DNA of 27,640 bases from Abditibacteriaceae bacterium (GTDB taxonomy: Bacteria > Armatimonadota > Abditibacteriia > Abditibacteriales > Abditibacteriaceae): contig JANPJS010000308.1 in NCBI GenBank assembly GCA_031425655.1, positions 1 through 27,640 of the forward strand, in the 5' to 3' direction. Shown piece after piece: positions 16,307-24,015 of the stretch; position 1 is the stretch's first letter, and each line of letters starts with the position of its first letter. The position numbers were made by a program, and so were the translations under genes. Below the pieces are notes generated by a model, which did not search any database, had not been told where the DNA came from, and saw only the letters and a program-made list of their open reading frames with translations.

Positions 16307-18163
16307 TTACGGCGCGTCCACAATCGGCAAACGGCTTGCCGTCGCATTGACTTTACGCACTCTGGCACAGGTTAAAAACTGCTCGGATTCGATGCCTTTA
16401 AGTCGCGCTTTTTGAGTGCGAAGCGAAAGGTTCGCCGAGCGCAGAATCTCCAAGACGGCGGGACGGTTACCGACTTCATCGGAGAACAAAATGTCGCCGC
16501 TGGAGCCGGCGTTTTCAATACGCGCCGCGAGATTCACGGTGCGCCCAAAATAATCGAGGCGGTCATTCGAGTTGATGACAATCGCTGGGCCGTGATGCAG
16601 GCCAATTCTCACACAAATGCCCTCATCGGGCGGCAGCGTGGCGTTGAATTCATCAATGCGCGTTTGCACTTCGATAGCGGCGCGCAGTGCGTCTTCGGGC
16701 GATTGGAAAACCGCCATGACAGCATCGCCGATGGTTTTAACGATGGTGCCGCGATGCGTGCCGATAATATCGGACATCCACGCGAAATGACGCCGCACAC
16801 GGCCATAAGCGGGCGCATCGCCGACGTTTTCGTAAAGCTGCGTCGAATCGCACAGGTCGCTAAAAAACAACGCCAGACTTTCGATGCCGACACTTTGTCC
16901 TGGCGCCAGCACTTCGGAGGAGAACATTTCGCGGAACTCGCGCAGTGAAGTGACTTCGGCGGCAGTCACGGCATCATCGTCCCAGCGCACTTTTTCCAGC
17001 GCCAGCACGATGTCGTGCCCGCTGCGGTTGTGGATGCCCAGCGTCGCGCCCGGCGGCGCTCCTAAGCGTTCGCCGGCCCAGCCTTCGTCGCGGTAAATCG
17101 CGCCTTCGGGCGAGGCGGCGTTATCCAAAGCTAAAACGTGATTGAAGCGCAGCACGCGCAATCGCAACTCTTCGCCCGCGTTGGGAATCGGCAGATGCGC
17201 CATGCCGCCGGCTTCGATGGAAAGTTGCGCGAGAATATGCGGCGTGCGAAACGGAGAACCGATGCAGTAAATCGCCGCTGAGGCCGCTCGCACATTAGAA
17301 TGAACCGCGAAGCGCAGTTCGACATAGCGGTCGAAATTGACTTCGTAGTTCACGCCGCACAAATCGCAGTGAACTTCGCGCGATAACTGCGACAGCGAGG
17401 AAACATCGCTTTTGGAAACGCGGCAATTCGGACACATCTCGTGCCAACTGAGATTGAGCAATCCAACTTTCGTGGCGTGCAGGCAAAGGCGTAAAACCTC
17501 TTCCTCGGCAGCGTCCCACAATCGCGCGAGCCGTTTGGGACGCAGTCCGGCCACATCGCTGTCGTCGGCTTCATGCAAGTATTCGCGGAGCCGAAGTATT
17601 AACGGGTGCGAAACCGGCGCACGGCTTAACGCCTCGATAAGCGGCGCCAGACAAGCTTCGTCCACGGGCGTAAGACGGGGGTTGATTGGCAACGCCCGCG
17701 CTTTGCCTGAACGCCGCAGCATCACGGCGTCTTCGCAATATTTCGCGGTTTTTTCGAGCATTCCCTTAGCCACCAACGGCAATAAAGCAGCGACTAAGGC
17801 GTTGGCAGGCAGCATTTCGGCGAAAACTGTCAGTTTTGTGCTGCCCGGCACGTCGTCGGCCAGTTGAATCCCGACAAAAACTCGCTTGAGCGGGCCTTCT
17901 TCGTAAACGCGTAATACCGAATACCCCGCTTCTTTTACCCATTGAAACGGATGCTCTTGCCAACGCATCGTCAAGAGTTTTTTGAGCCGCGACCGAGCTG
18001 CACGCACTAAGAGGCTGCCGGTGGGAGCGGGCGGAGAGAAAATGACCTCCGGCAGTTCAACGACCTGATTAAACCGATCATTATTGGCGAGAAGTTCCCA
18101 AACTTCAGCGCGCGGCAACGCGACGGTGCGTATAATCTCGAAGCGGCGACCAGAATCCGACAT
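16307..18163 (-). CDS. Class III adenylate cyclase with SRPBCC-like and DUF5939-like (CxxC...CxxC) N-terminal domains
   Basis: FSDLCDST, VKTIGDAVMA, RIGLHHGP, LDYFGRTVNLAARIE; CPNC and CDLC pairs; start uncertain (18163, 18193 or 18196). Confidence 0.88.
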   Translation of the reverse strand: MSDSGRRFEIIRTVALPRAEVWELLANNDRFNQVVELPEVIFSPPAPTGSLLVRAARSRLKKLLTMRWQEHPFQWVKEAGYSVLRVYEEGPLKRVFVGIQLADDVPGSTKLTVFAEMLPANALVAALLPLVAKGMLEKTAKYCEDAVMLRRSGKARALPINPRLTPVDEACLAPLIEALSRAPVSHPLILRLREYLHEADDSDVAGLRPKRLARLWDAAEEEVLRLCLHATKVGLLNLSWHEMCPNCRVSKSDVSSLSQLSREVHCDLCGVNYEVNFDRYVELRFAVHSNVRAASAAIYCIGSPFRTPHILAQLSIEAGGMAHLPIPNAGEELRLRVLRFNHVLALDNAASPEGAIYRDEGWAGERLGAPPGATLGIHNRSGHDIVLALEKVRWDDDAVTAAEVTSLREFREMFSSEVLAPGQSVGIESLALFFSDLCDSTQLYENVGDAPAYGRVRRHFAWMSDIIGTHRGTIVKTIGDAVMAVFQSPEDALRAAIEVQTRIDEFNATLPPDEGICVRIGLHHGPAIVINSNDRLDYFGRTVNLAARIENAGSSGDILFSDEVGNRPAVLEILRSANLSLRTQKARLKGIESEQFLTCARVRKVNATASRLPIVDAP

Positions 18164-18193
18164 GGCCTTCAGTTTATAGCGATGCTCCGACAT

Positions 18194-18236
18194 CAAACCA
18201 AAACGGGACGCGAATTTCGCGGCCCGTTTTGGTTTG
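18194..18236 (-). terminator. Hairpin at the 3' end of the BMC operon
   Basis: CAAACCAAAACGGG-a-CGCGAA / TTCGCG-g-CCCGTTTTGGTTTG, 32 nt after the aldehyde dehydrogenase stop. Confidence 0.65.
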
Positions 18237-18268
18237 GCGTTTCTACACCTTCACTTCCGATTCTGCTT

Positions 18269-19744
18269 TCACACCGCCGGCCCGTTGCCCAACGTGCCGA
18301 CAAATGCGGCGCGGCGGCGCTTAACGAAGGTCGCGGCGGTCGTGAAACCTTCACCGGTGTGACCCGCGAGGCTCATGGCGACGTAGCCTTCGCCGCCCAC
18401 GCCTTCAGCCGCCGCCGTCGAGCCGTTAGCCACGAAAACCGTGCAATGATACGCATTGCGCAGCGCCGTAATGCGCGTGATGTCGCGCGAGTGAATAGCC
18501 AGCGTATGACCCCGCCCGCCTTCGACGCGAAGCGCAAGCTGCACCGCTGCGGCGAAATCGGGAACGCGCACAAGCGGCACGACCGGCATCAGTTGCTCTT
18601 CCAAAACCAACGTGTGATCGGCGGGCAATTCGAGCAGCGCGATTTTGGTGCTGCTTGGCGCGTTCACGCCGACTTTGGCCAAGATGCGCGCCGCGTCCCA
18701 GCCCACGCTTTCGCGGTTGATGTGGCCGTCCTTGACGATGTAATCGGCTAACTTGCGCGCGTCGTCGCCCGTCACAAGATGCGCTCCCGCCGTTTTCATT
18801 TCCCCAATCAGCGCGTCGGCAATCGAAGCGACGGCGACGACCGCTTTTTCGCCGATGCACAGCAGGTTGTTGTCGAACGAAGCGCCGTTGACAATCGAAC
18901 GCGCGGCGTTGCCTAAATCGGCGGTTTCATCCACGATGGCGGGCGGATTGCCCGGCCCGGCGCAGACCGCTTTTTTGCCGACGGCAAGCGCCGCTTTGAC
19001 AACGCCGGGGCCGCCCGTCGCGTTGATTAAGCGCACCGCGTTGTGGTGCATAATCGCTTCCACGCTTTCCAAAGTCGGCTCCGACACGCCGGTAAACAGG
19101 TTGCGTGGCCCTCCACTGCGCGCGACGGCATCGTTCATGATGGCCATCGTGGTCATGGTGCATTTCTTGGCCGAAGGATGCGGGCAAAACACAGCGGCGT
19201 TGCCGGCAATGGCGAAAATAATCGCGTTGTTAATCAGACCCGAAGTCGGATTCGTAACCGGCGTGATGCCGCAAACCACGCCATACGGAAAGTGATCGTC
19301 AATGGTCAGGCCCATGTCGCCGTGAAACATCTGCGTGGGCAGCACTTCCCAGCCGGGCGTGAGATTCGAGCAAAGCTGATTCTTCACTTCTTTGTCGGCC
19401 ACGCGGCCCAATCCGGTTTCCTCGACGGCCATCTCGGCTAAGCGCCGCGCGTTGGCGTTTCCGGCTTGACGCATGGCATCAATGCAGGCTTTGCGCGTGG
19501 CAATCGGCAGCTTTATCCATTGACTTTGCGCCACGCGCGCCGCTTCGACGGCTTCATCAACGCTGCGAAAGATGCCATGCAGCCCTGCTAATTCGGACGC
19601 CGCGTGCGGGTGCGCGTCGGACGGACGATTTTGCGGGTCGTCAATTTTCCCGGCGCCTTTGCTGTTGGAATTAAACGCCGTCGCGCTCATGTTACTCATC
19701 ACGCCACGCACGATGTCTTCAATTTGCTGTTCGGTAATTCGCAT
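18269..19744 (-). CDS. CoA-acylating aldehyde dehydrogenase (EutE/PduP-like) with N-terminal encapsulation peptide
   Basis: ITPVTNPT, ATGGPGVVKAA, AGPGNPPAIVDETAD, catalytic SFDNNLLCIGEK, EQLMP, TGEG; start MRITEQQIEDIVRGVM at 19744 (the upstream in-frame extension is repeat-derived). Confidence 0.93.
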   Translation of the reverse strand: MRITEQQIEDIVRGVMSNMSATAFNSNSKGAGKIDDPQNRPSDAHPHAASELAGLHGIFRSVDEAVEAARVAQSQWIKLPIATRKACIDAMRQAGNANARRLAEMAVEETGLGRVADKEVKNQLCSNLTPGWEVLPTQMFHGDMGLTIDDHFPYGVVCGITPVTNPTSGLINNAIIFAIAGNAAVFCPHPSAKKCTMTTMAIMNDAVARSGGPRNLFTGVSEPTLESVEAIMHHNAVRLINATGGPGVVKAALAVGKKAVCAGPGNPPAIVDETADLGNAARSIVNGASFDNNLLCIGEKAVVAVASIADALIGEMKTAGAHLVTGDDARKLADYIVKDGHINRESVGWDAARILAKVGVNAPSSTKIALLELPADHTLVLEEQLMPVVPLVRVPDFAAAVQLALRVEGGRGHTLAIHSRDITRITALRNAYHCTVFVANGSTAAAEGVGGEGYVAMSLAGHTGEGFTTAATFVKRRRAAFVGTLGNGPAV

Positions 19745-19759
19745 TTTGCTCTGCCTTTT

Positions 19760-19859
19760 TAACCACAGATGAACACGGATAAACACAGATGATATTTTTG
19801 GATTCGATAAAAATCCAACATCAAAATTATCCGTGTTTATCCGTGTTCATCTGTGGTTA
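19760..19859. repeat. Decamer-based inverted repeat element (ACACRGATRA), copy 1
   Basis: 31-bp inverted repeat 19760-19790 / 19829-19859 with 1 mismatch, made of three 10-bp units per arm. Confidence 0.9.
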
Positions 19860-19870
19860 CATTTTGTGTT

Positions 19871-20620
19871 TTACAAAGTCACGCCGAGTTCGCGCGCCCG
19901 GTCGCGTGCTAAGGGTGTTATCAAAGCACCCGGCGCCGACTGGAACATTTTGCCGTCGCGTGCGGCGCGATCAATATCTTCGGCGGTCACAACGACGCGC
20001 CGTCCGTTGGCGGCGGGTTTTGACGCCTGCTCGTTTGCTCCGGCGCGCGGCACGATTTGGTTTTGCACCGTAGCGGCGATTTCCGCCGCTTCCACGATGT
20101 TGAAACCAAAGCCGATCAGCGTGCGGCGATAGCCTTCCCACACGGCGCGCAAAACCGGCGCACGCACTTTCAGCGCGGCGTCGTAAGGCGAATGCAGCGA
20201 CGCAACTAAGGGCTTGCCCAGCGCCAATGCCGCCAGCGCTGTGCGCGCCACAGGCTCGTCGAAGATGCCAAGCGCCATTTTCGCCGCGTCGTCGTCGCCG
20301 ACGGCGGGAAGCAGAATCGCGTCGCTTTTGGAAATCAAGCGTTCGCGCGTCGCCTTGTCTTTGAGTTCATGTTCGCCCGGCTCGATGAGAACAAATCCGG
20401 CGCGGCGTAGTTCATCTAACGCGGCCTGCGTTTCGGGACGCACGCAATCGCCGCAGCAAACCGCCACCAAAACGGTGCCCGCAACCGGGCGCGGCGCAGG
20501 AGCACTTGGCGCGATTGATGCGCCGGATTTGCTCGACTGCGCTTGTTCGCGCAGCACGGCTTCGAGCGTGTTGCGAATCAGAGATTGCAGTTGCGCGGCG
20601 TCCACTTCGATTTCTTTCAT
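19871..20620 (-). CDS. BMC-associated flavoprotein-like protein with N-terminal encapsulation peptide
   Basis: AAKMALGIFD...ALAALALGKPLV as in BMC-locus flavoprotein-family proteins; C-terminal VVTAEDI...LITPLARDRARELGV module; N-terminal helix QLQSLIRNTLEAVL. Confidence 0.7.
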   Translation of the reverse strand: MKEIEVDAAQLQSLIRNTLEAVLREQAQSSKSGASIAPSAPAPRPVAGTVLVAVCCGDCVRPETQAALDELRRAGFVLIEPGEHELKDKATRERLISKSDAILLPAVGDDDAAKMALGIFDEPVARTALAALALGKPLVASLHSPYDAALKVRAPVLRAVWEGYRRTLIGFGFNIVEAAEIAATVQNQIVPRAGANEQASKPAANGRRVVVTAEDIDRAARDGKMFQSAPGALITPLARDRARELGVTL

Positions 20621-20925
20621 TAGGCCACGTTGTTTCGCTTTCCGGTTTCTTCGCGCGCCAGCACGTCCACCGAATCTACGATGCCGACAATCAGAGTTCG
20701 CATCGGCACATTTTTCTCGCCGATGCGCTCACGCGCTGCTTTGCCTTCTTCGACTACTAAAACCAAATCGCCCACGCCCGCGCCGATGGTATCAACGGCG
20801 GGATGTGTGCGCCCGTTCGGGTTAAGCTGCTCATCAAGCGGCTGCACGACCAGCATTTTGGTGTTCGCATAAGTCGGATGCTTGACGACCGATTCGACGC
20901 TACCGAGAACGCGCGCGAGTTTCAC
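20620..20925 (-). CDS. BMC-P pentamer vertex protein (EutN/CcmL family)
   Basis: MKLARVLGSV..VKHP...AVDTIGAGVGDLVLV...IVGIVD; GTG start overlaps the previous stop. Confidence 0.93.
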   Translation of the reverse strand: MKLARVLGSVESVVKHPTYANTKMLVVQPLDEQLNPNGRTHPAVDTIGAGVGDLVLVVEEGKAARERIGEKNVPMRTLIVGIVDSVDVLAREETGKRNNVA

Positions 20926-21185
20926 TGAACGCTCACCTTATTGACGATGCCGACAATCGCGGCATCCACCGGCGGGCGTGTTTCCCATGCCAAAGGCGCT
21001 TCGCCCGACGTTTCATACCAAACGAACTCGCCGACTCCGACGCCAATGGCATCGGCGGCGATAAAACGCGCCCCGGCAGGCTTCCCATCATGATCGCAGC
21101 CTTCGACGATAAGCAGCGGCAAATTTTCTAATTTCGGGTCTTTGATGCAGCACACCACCCGACCGATAACTCGTCCGAAATCCAT
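20922..21185 (-). CDS. BMC-P pentamer vertex protein (EutN/CcmL family)
   Basis: MDFGRVIGRVVCCIKDPKL...AADAIGVGVGEFV...PVDAAIVGIV; ATG at 21185. Confidence 0.92.
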   Translation of the reverse strand: MDFGRVIGRVVCCIKDPKLENLPLLIVEGCDHDGKPAGARFIAADAIGVGVGEFVWYETSGEAPLAWETRPPVDAAIVGIVNKVSVQ

Positions 21186-21187
21186 AA

Positions 21188-21475
21188 TCAGGAAATTTCC
21201 ATGCGCTTGCCGTCGCACTCGACCGAATCCACGATGCCGATGACCGAAGCGTCCACGGGCACGCCCTCGGCGCGATTGGCGAGGCGCGCCGACGAGCCGG
21301 AAACCGTGAGGACGGTTTCGCCGATGCCGGCGCCGACGGTATCAATCGCCACGACGTAAGTGTCGGTCGGCGTGCCGTCCACTTTCAGTTCCCGCACCAT
21401 CAGCAATTTCCAGCCGATGAGTTTGGGGTCTTTGGCCGTCGCCACGACGGTGCCCACCACTTTGCCCAATCGCAT
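21188..21475 (-). CDS. BMC-P pentamer vertex protein (EutN/CcmL family)
   Basis: MRLGKVVGTVVATAKDPKLIGWKLL...AIDTVGAGIGETVL..GSSAR...PVDASVIGIVD; ATG at 21475. Confidence 0.95.
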   Translation of the reverse strand: MRLGKVVGTVVATAKDPKLIGWKLLMVRELKVDGTPTDTYVVAIDTVGAGIGETVLTVSGSSARLANRAEGVPVDASVIGIVDSVECDGKRMEIS

Positions 21476-21479
21476 AATT

Positions 21480-22199
21480 TCACTTTCGACGCGGCACGCC
21501 GCCGCGCAACAACCATCCGCACAACAGCGCGCCAATCAGCAAGGCCCAAAACAATATCGGCGGCGCGTCTTCCAGACCGCTGTTAAGCGAACTGCCGAAC
21601 GCACCGGCAATCACCGACAGCGGCAAGAAAAACGCGGCCAACACGTTCAAGCGATGCCCGGCTTCGCTCAGTTCATGACCGAGCCGCGCCTGCTCTTCGG
21701 CCTGGCGCGCAATGCGATAATCGAGAGCGTTTTTGGCGTCGGTGTGCAGCAAATCCGCCGCTCGCTCGACATCTCCGGCCAAATCGCGCATCGTTATCAG
21801 TTCGGGTGCATCGGGCAGTGCCACGCGCGCCGTTTGCAGCGCGGCCAACTGGTTTTTCGCCGCGCGATGCATCGGGACGGCGCTTTCGAGAATCTCGAAA
21901 TAATCGTGCGCCGTTTGCGCCTTTTCGTAGTTCACATCCAACTGTTCGAGCAGCGCCAAATAGTTTTTCAAATGCGTTCGCAGAGCTGTTAAACCGTCGC
22001 TTCCGTCGCTGCATTTCCATTCGCCATTGGGCACGCGCCAGAAGAAAATGCCTTCGCGTTTGGCGCCTTCCGGCCCCGGCGGTTTGTGCAAAACCAGCAG
22101 TAAATGCCCTTCTTCGACCAGAGCGCGCTGCCGCCCGCTGCCTTCACCCAAATGACTGCCAATCGCGTCCGGCAGTTGCCAACCATCGGGGAAGTTCAT
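21480..22199 (-). CDS. CorA-like membrane protein (two C-terminal TM helices)
   Basis: Helical cytoplasmic region then HRLNVLAAFFLPLSVIAGAFGSSL and a second TM ILFWALLIGALLCGWLL; GMN signature replaced by GSS; ATG at 22199. Confidence 0.7.
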   Translation of the reverse strand: MNFPDGWQLPDAIGSHLGEGSGRQRALVEEGHLLLVLHKPPGPEGAKREGIFFWRVPNGEWKCSDGSDGLTALRTHLKNYLALLEQLDVNYEKAQTAHDYFEILESAVPMHRAAKNQLAALQTARVALPDAPELITMRDLAGDVERAADLLHTDAKNALDYRIARQAEEQARLGHELSEAGHRLNVLAAFFLPLSVIAGAFGSSLNSGLEDAPPILFWALLIGALLCGWLLRGGVPRRK

Positions 22200-22292
22200 G
22201 GCTTGATGCTCGATGCTCGTTGCTTGATGCTCGATTAAAAGCGCCAAATATCAAGCATCCAGAATCGAGAATCCAGCATCAAGTATCCAGAA
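22200..22292. repeat. Inverted heptamer tandem-repeat arrays
   Basis: (YGATGCT)n at 22200-22235 and the complementary (ATCNAGN)n at 22250-22292. Confidence 0.85.
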
Positions 22293-22293
22293 C

Positions 22294-23055
22294 CTACTTG
22301 CAAATCTGGCAGATATTCGAGCGTTTCGACAAAACGAAGCCTTTGGCGCCGGCTTCGCTGCCCGCCGCGTTGCCTTCGTCGGTGTCAATGTGCATCTCGG
22401 CGTGAAACGACGGGTCAACGCGAATCAGCGTGTTGTAAAGCACCAATCCCTGATCGCTGCCCGGCAGCTCGACCGCGATTTCGTCGCCGTCCTTGACGCC
22501 CAACAAATTCGCCTCGTCAGGATTCAAATGAACGTGCCGTTTAGCGCGAATCAGAGCATCGTCAAGATGAATACTGCCCGCCGGCCCGACAATCGTAATC
22601 GGCGAACCCGTGCCGTGATTGACCGACTGCAAAATCGGCGGCATTACGCCAATCGCCAGAGCATCGGTGCGCGAGATTTCAAACTGGCTTTTGCTCCGCT
22701 CCGGCCCCAAGATCCGCACGTTGGTAATCGAGCCGCGCGGCCCCACAATATGCACGCGCTGCTCCGAAGCAAACTGCCCTTCCTGATACAGCCACTTGAA
22801 AGGCGTCAATTTCTGCCCCGGCCCGAACAGCGTTTCGACGTGTTCCGGCGTCAAGTGCCCGTGACGCGCCGAGATATTGCAGGGAAAGCCATCCGCGAAA
22901 ATCTGCTCCGGCGACGGATAACGCTCGCTGGCTTCGGCCCCAAACGGCGTCGTCGGCATCCCCGGCGCGCCGTTGCCATTCGCCGCGCGAGCGCCCAACT
23001 GCGATGCCACTTCGCGCGCAATCAACTTCACCAAATCTTCGTGCGAGATTTTCAT
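22294..23055 (-). CDS. pduL: PduL-type phosphate propanoyltransferase with N-terminal encapsulation peptide
   Basis: ISARHGHL, LYQEGQFA, VRILGPER, EISRTDA, AKRHVHL, EMHIDTDEGNAA; start MKISHEDLVKLIAREVASQL at 23055. Confidence 0.93.
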   Translation of the reverse strand: MKISHEDLVKLIAREVASQLGARAANGNGAPGMPTTPFGAEASERYPSPEQIFADGFPCNISARHGHLTPEHVETLFGPGQKLTPFKWLYQEGQFASEQRVHIVGPRGSITNVRILGPERSKSQFEISRTDALAIGVMPPILQSVNHGTGSPITIVGPAGSIHLDDALIRAKRHVHLNPDEANLLGVKDGDEIAVELPGSDQGLVLYNTLIRVDPSFHAEMHIDTDEGNAAGSEAGAKGFVLSKRSNICQICK

Positions 23056-23064
23056 GATTCTAAA

Positions 23065-23157
23065 ATTCAACCGCGGATGAACATGGATAAACACAGATTT
23101 TCACAACAAAACCATCCGTATTTATCCGTGTTCATCCGTGTTTATCAGTGGTTGAAT
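23065..23157. repeat. Decamer-based inverted repeat element, copy 2
   Basis: Same family as 19760-19859; three units in the left arm and four in the right. Confidence 0.88.
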
Positions 23158-23159
23158 GC

Positions 23160-23429
23160 TTAAAATACTTTTTCAAGATCGCTGTGCGGACGCGGAATCA
23201 CATGGACGCTGACCAATTCGCCCACACGCTGCGCCGCCGCTGCGCCGGCATCCGTCGCGGCTTTAACAGCGCCCACGTCGCCGGCCACCATCACGGTCAC
23301 CAGACCGCCGCCGATGCTGGTTTTGCCGATCAATTCGACGTTGGCCGCTTTGACCATCGCGTCGGCAGCTTCCACCGCGCCGACCAAGCCCTTCGTTTCA
23401 ATCATGCCTAATGCTTCACCGTTCGCCAT
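23160..23429 (-). CDS. BMC-H hexamer shell protein (PduA/EutM-like)
   Basis: [27 protein letters not shown]...[20 protein letters not shown]...[17 protein letters not shown]. Confidence 0.97.
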   Translation of the reverse strand: MANGEALGMIETKGLVGAVEAADAMVKAANVELIGKTSIGGGLVTVMVAGDVGAVKAATDAGAAAAQRVGELVSVHVIPRPHSDLEKVF

Positions 23430-23447
23430 TGTATTTCTCCTTTGCGT

Positions 23448-23536
23448 CTGGCTGTCAGCGATCAGCTTTCAGCCAAAAATCTCTGTCAAGGAGCGCAGTT
23501 TCATTCCGCACTCCGCACTCGTCATTCCGCACTCGT
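23448..23536. repeat. Two short heptamer tandem arrays
   Basis: (TCAGCNN)x3-4 at 23448-23475 and (AYTCCGC/ACTCGTC)x5 at 23501-23536. Confidence 0.7.
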
Positions 23537-23964
23537 TAGCGTCGTGCGCGCTTGGCGCCGTCCGCTACTTCTGCCGGAGCTTCGTCGCCGGCTCCGTTGC
23601 CGTTTGTCCCACCCGCAGGCAGACTTGGCGACGGCGCCGGAGCGTTGATGCTATTGATGTAATTGCCGAAAGCGCGCGGCGACTTGCCGTTACCTTTGGG
23701 CAGTATTTTTTCCAGATCGGGATGCGGACGCGCGATAACGTGCGCCGAAATGACTTCGCCCACGCGCCGCGCCGCCGCTGCGCCGGCTTCAACCGCTGCG
23801 GTCACCGCGCCGACATCGCCGCGCACCGTCACCGTGACCAGCGCCGAACCGACCTGATCGTAACCTTCCAACTGAATGTTGGCCGACTTTGCCATCGCGT
23901 CTGCGGCTTCAACCAGCGCAATCAGACCTTTGGTTTCAACTAATCCTAATGCTTCCCCCGCCAT
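23536..23964 (-). CDS. BMC-H hexamer shell protein with C-terminal extension
   Basis: [27 protein letters not shown]...[17 protein letters not shown]...HVIARPH plus a tail of about 55 aa rich in P/G/A/N; GGAGG RBS. Confidence 0.95.
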   Translation of the reverse strand: MAGEALGLVETKGLIALVEAADAMAKSANIQLEGYDQVGSALVTVTVRGDVGAVTAAVEAGAAAARRVGEVISAHVIARPHPDLEKILPKGNGKSPRAFGNYINSINAPAPSPSLPAGGTNGNGAGDEAPAEVADGAKRARR

Positions 23965-24015
23965 GTGGCCTCCTTGATTTACTGCTTTGTTTTGCTCAAT
24001 TATGAGCGAAGTTGT

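Noticed and set aside
19745..19786. ORF-track N-terminal extensions of the aldehyde dehydrogenase (also PduL 23056-23094 and the CorA-like protein 22200-22247)
   Set aside because: They are translations of intergenic repeats; downstream ATGs give plausible starts.
19760..23157. Repeated ACACRGAT units as a CRISPR array
   Set aside because: Units are tandem and inverted with no unique spacers, and no cas genes are present.
20620..23964. Carboxysome, Pdu, Eut or GRM assignment
   Set aside because: No RuBisCO, diol dehydratase, ethanolamine ammonia-lyase or glycyl-radical enzyme is present; the signature enzyme is an aldolase.
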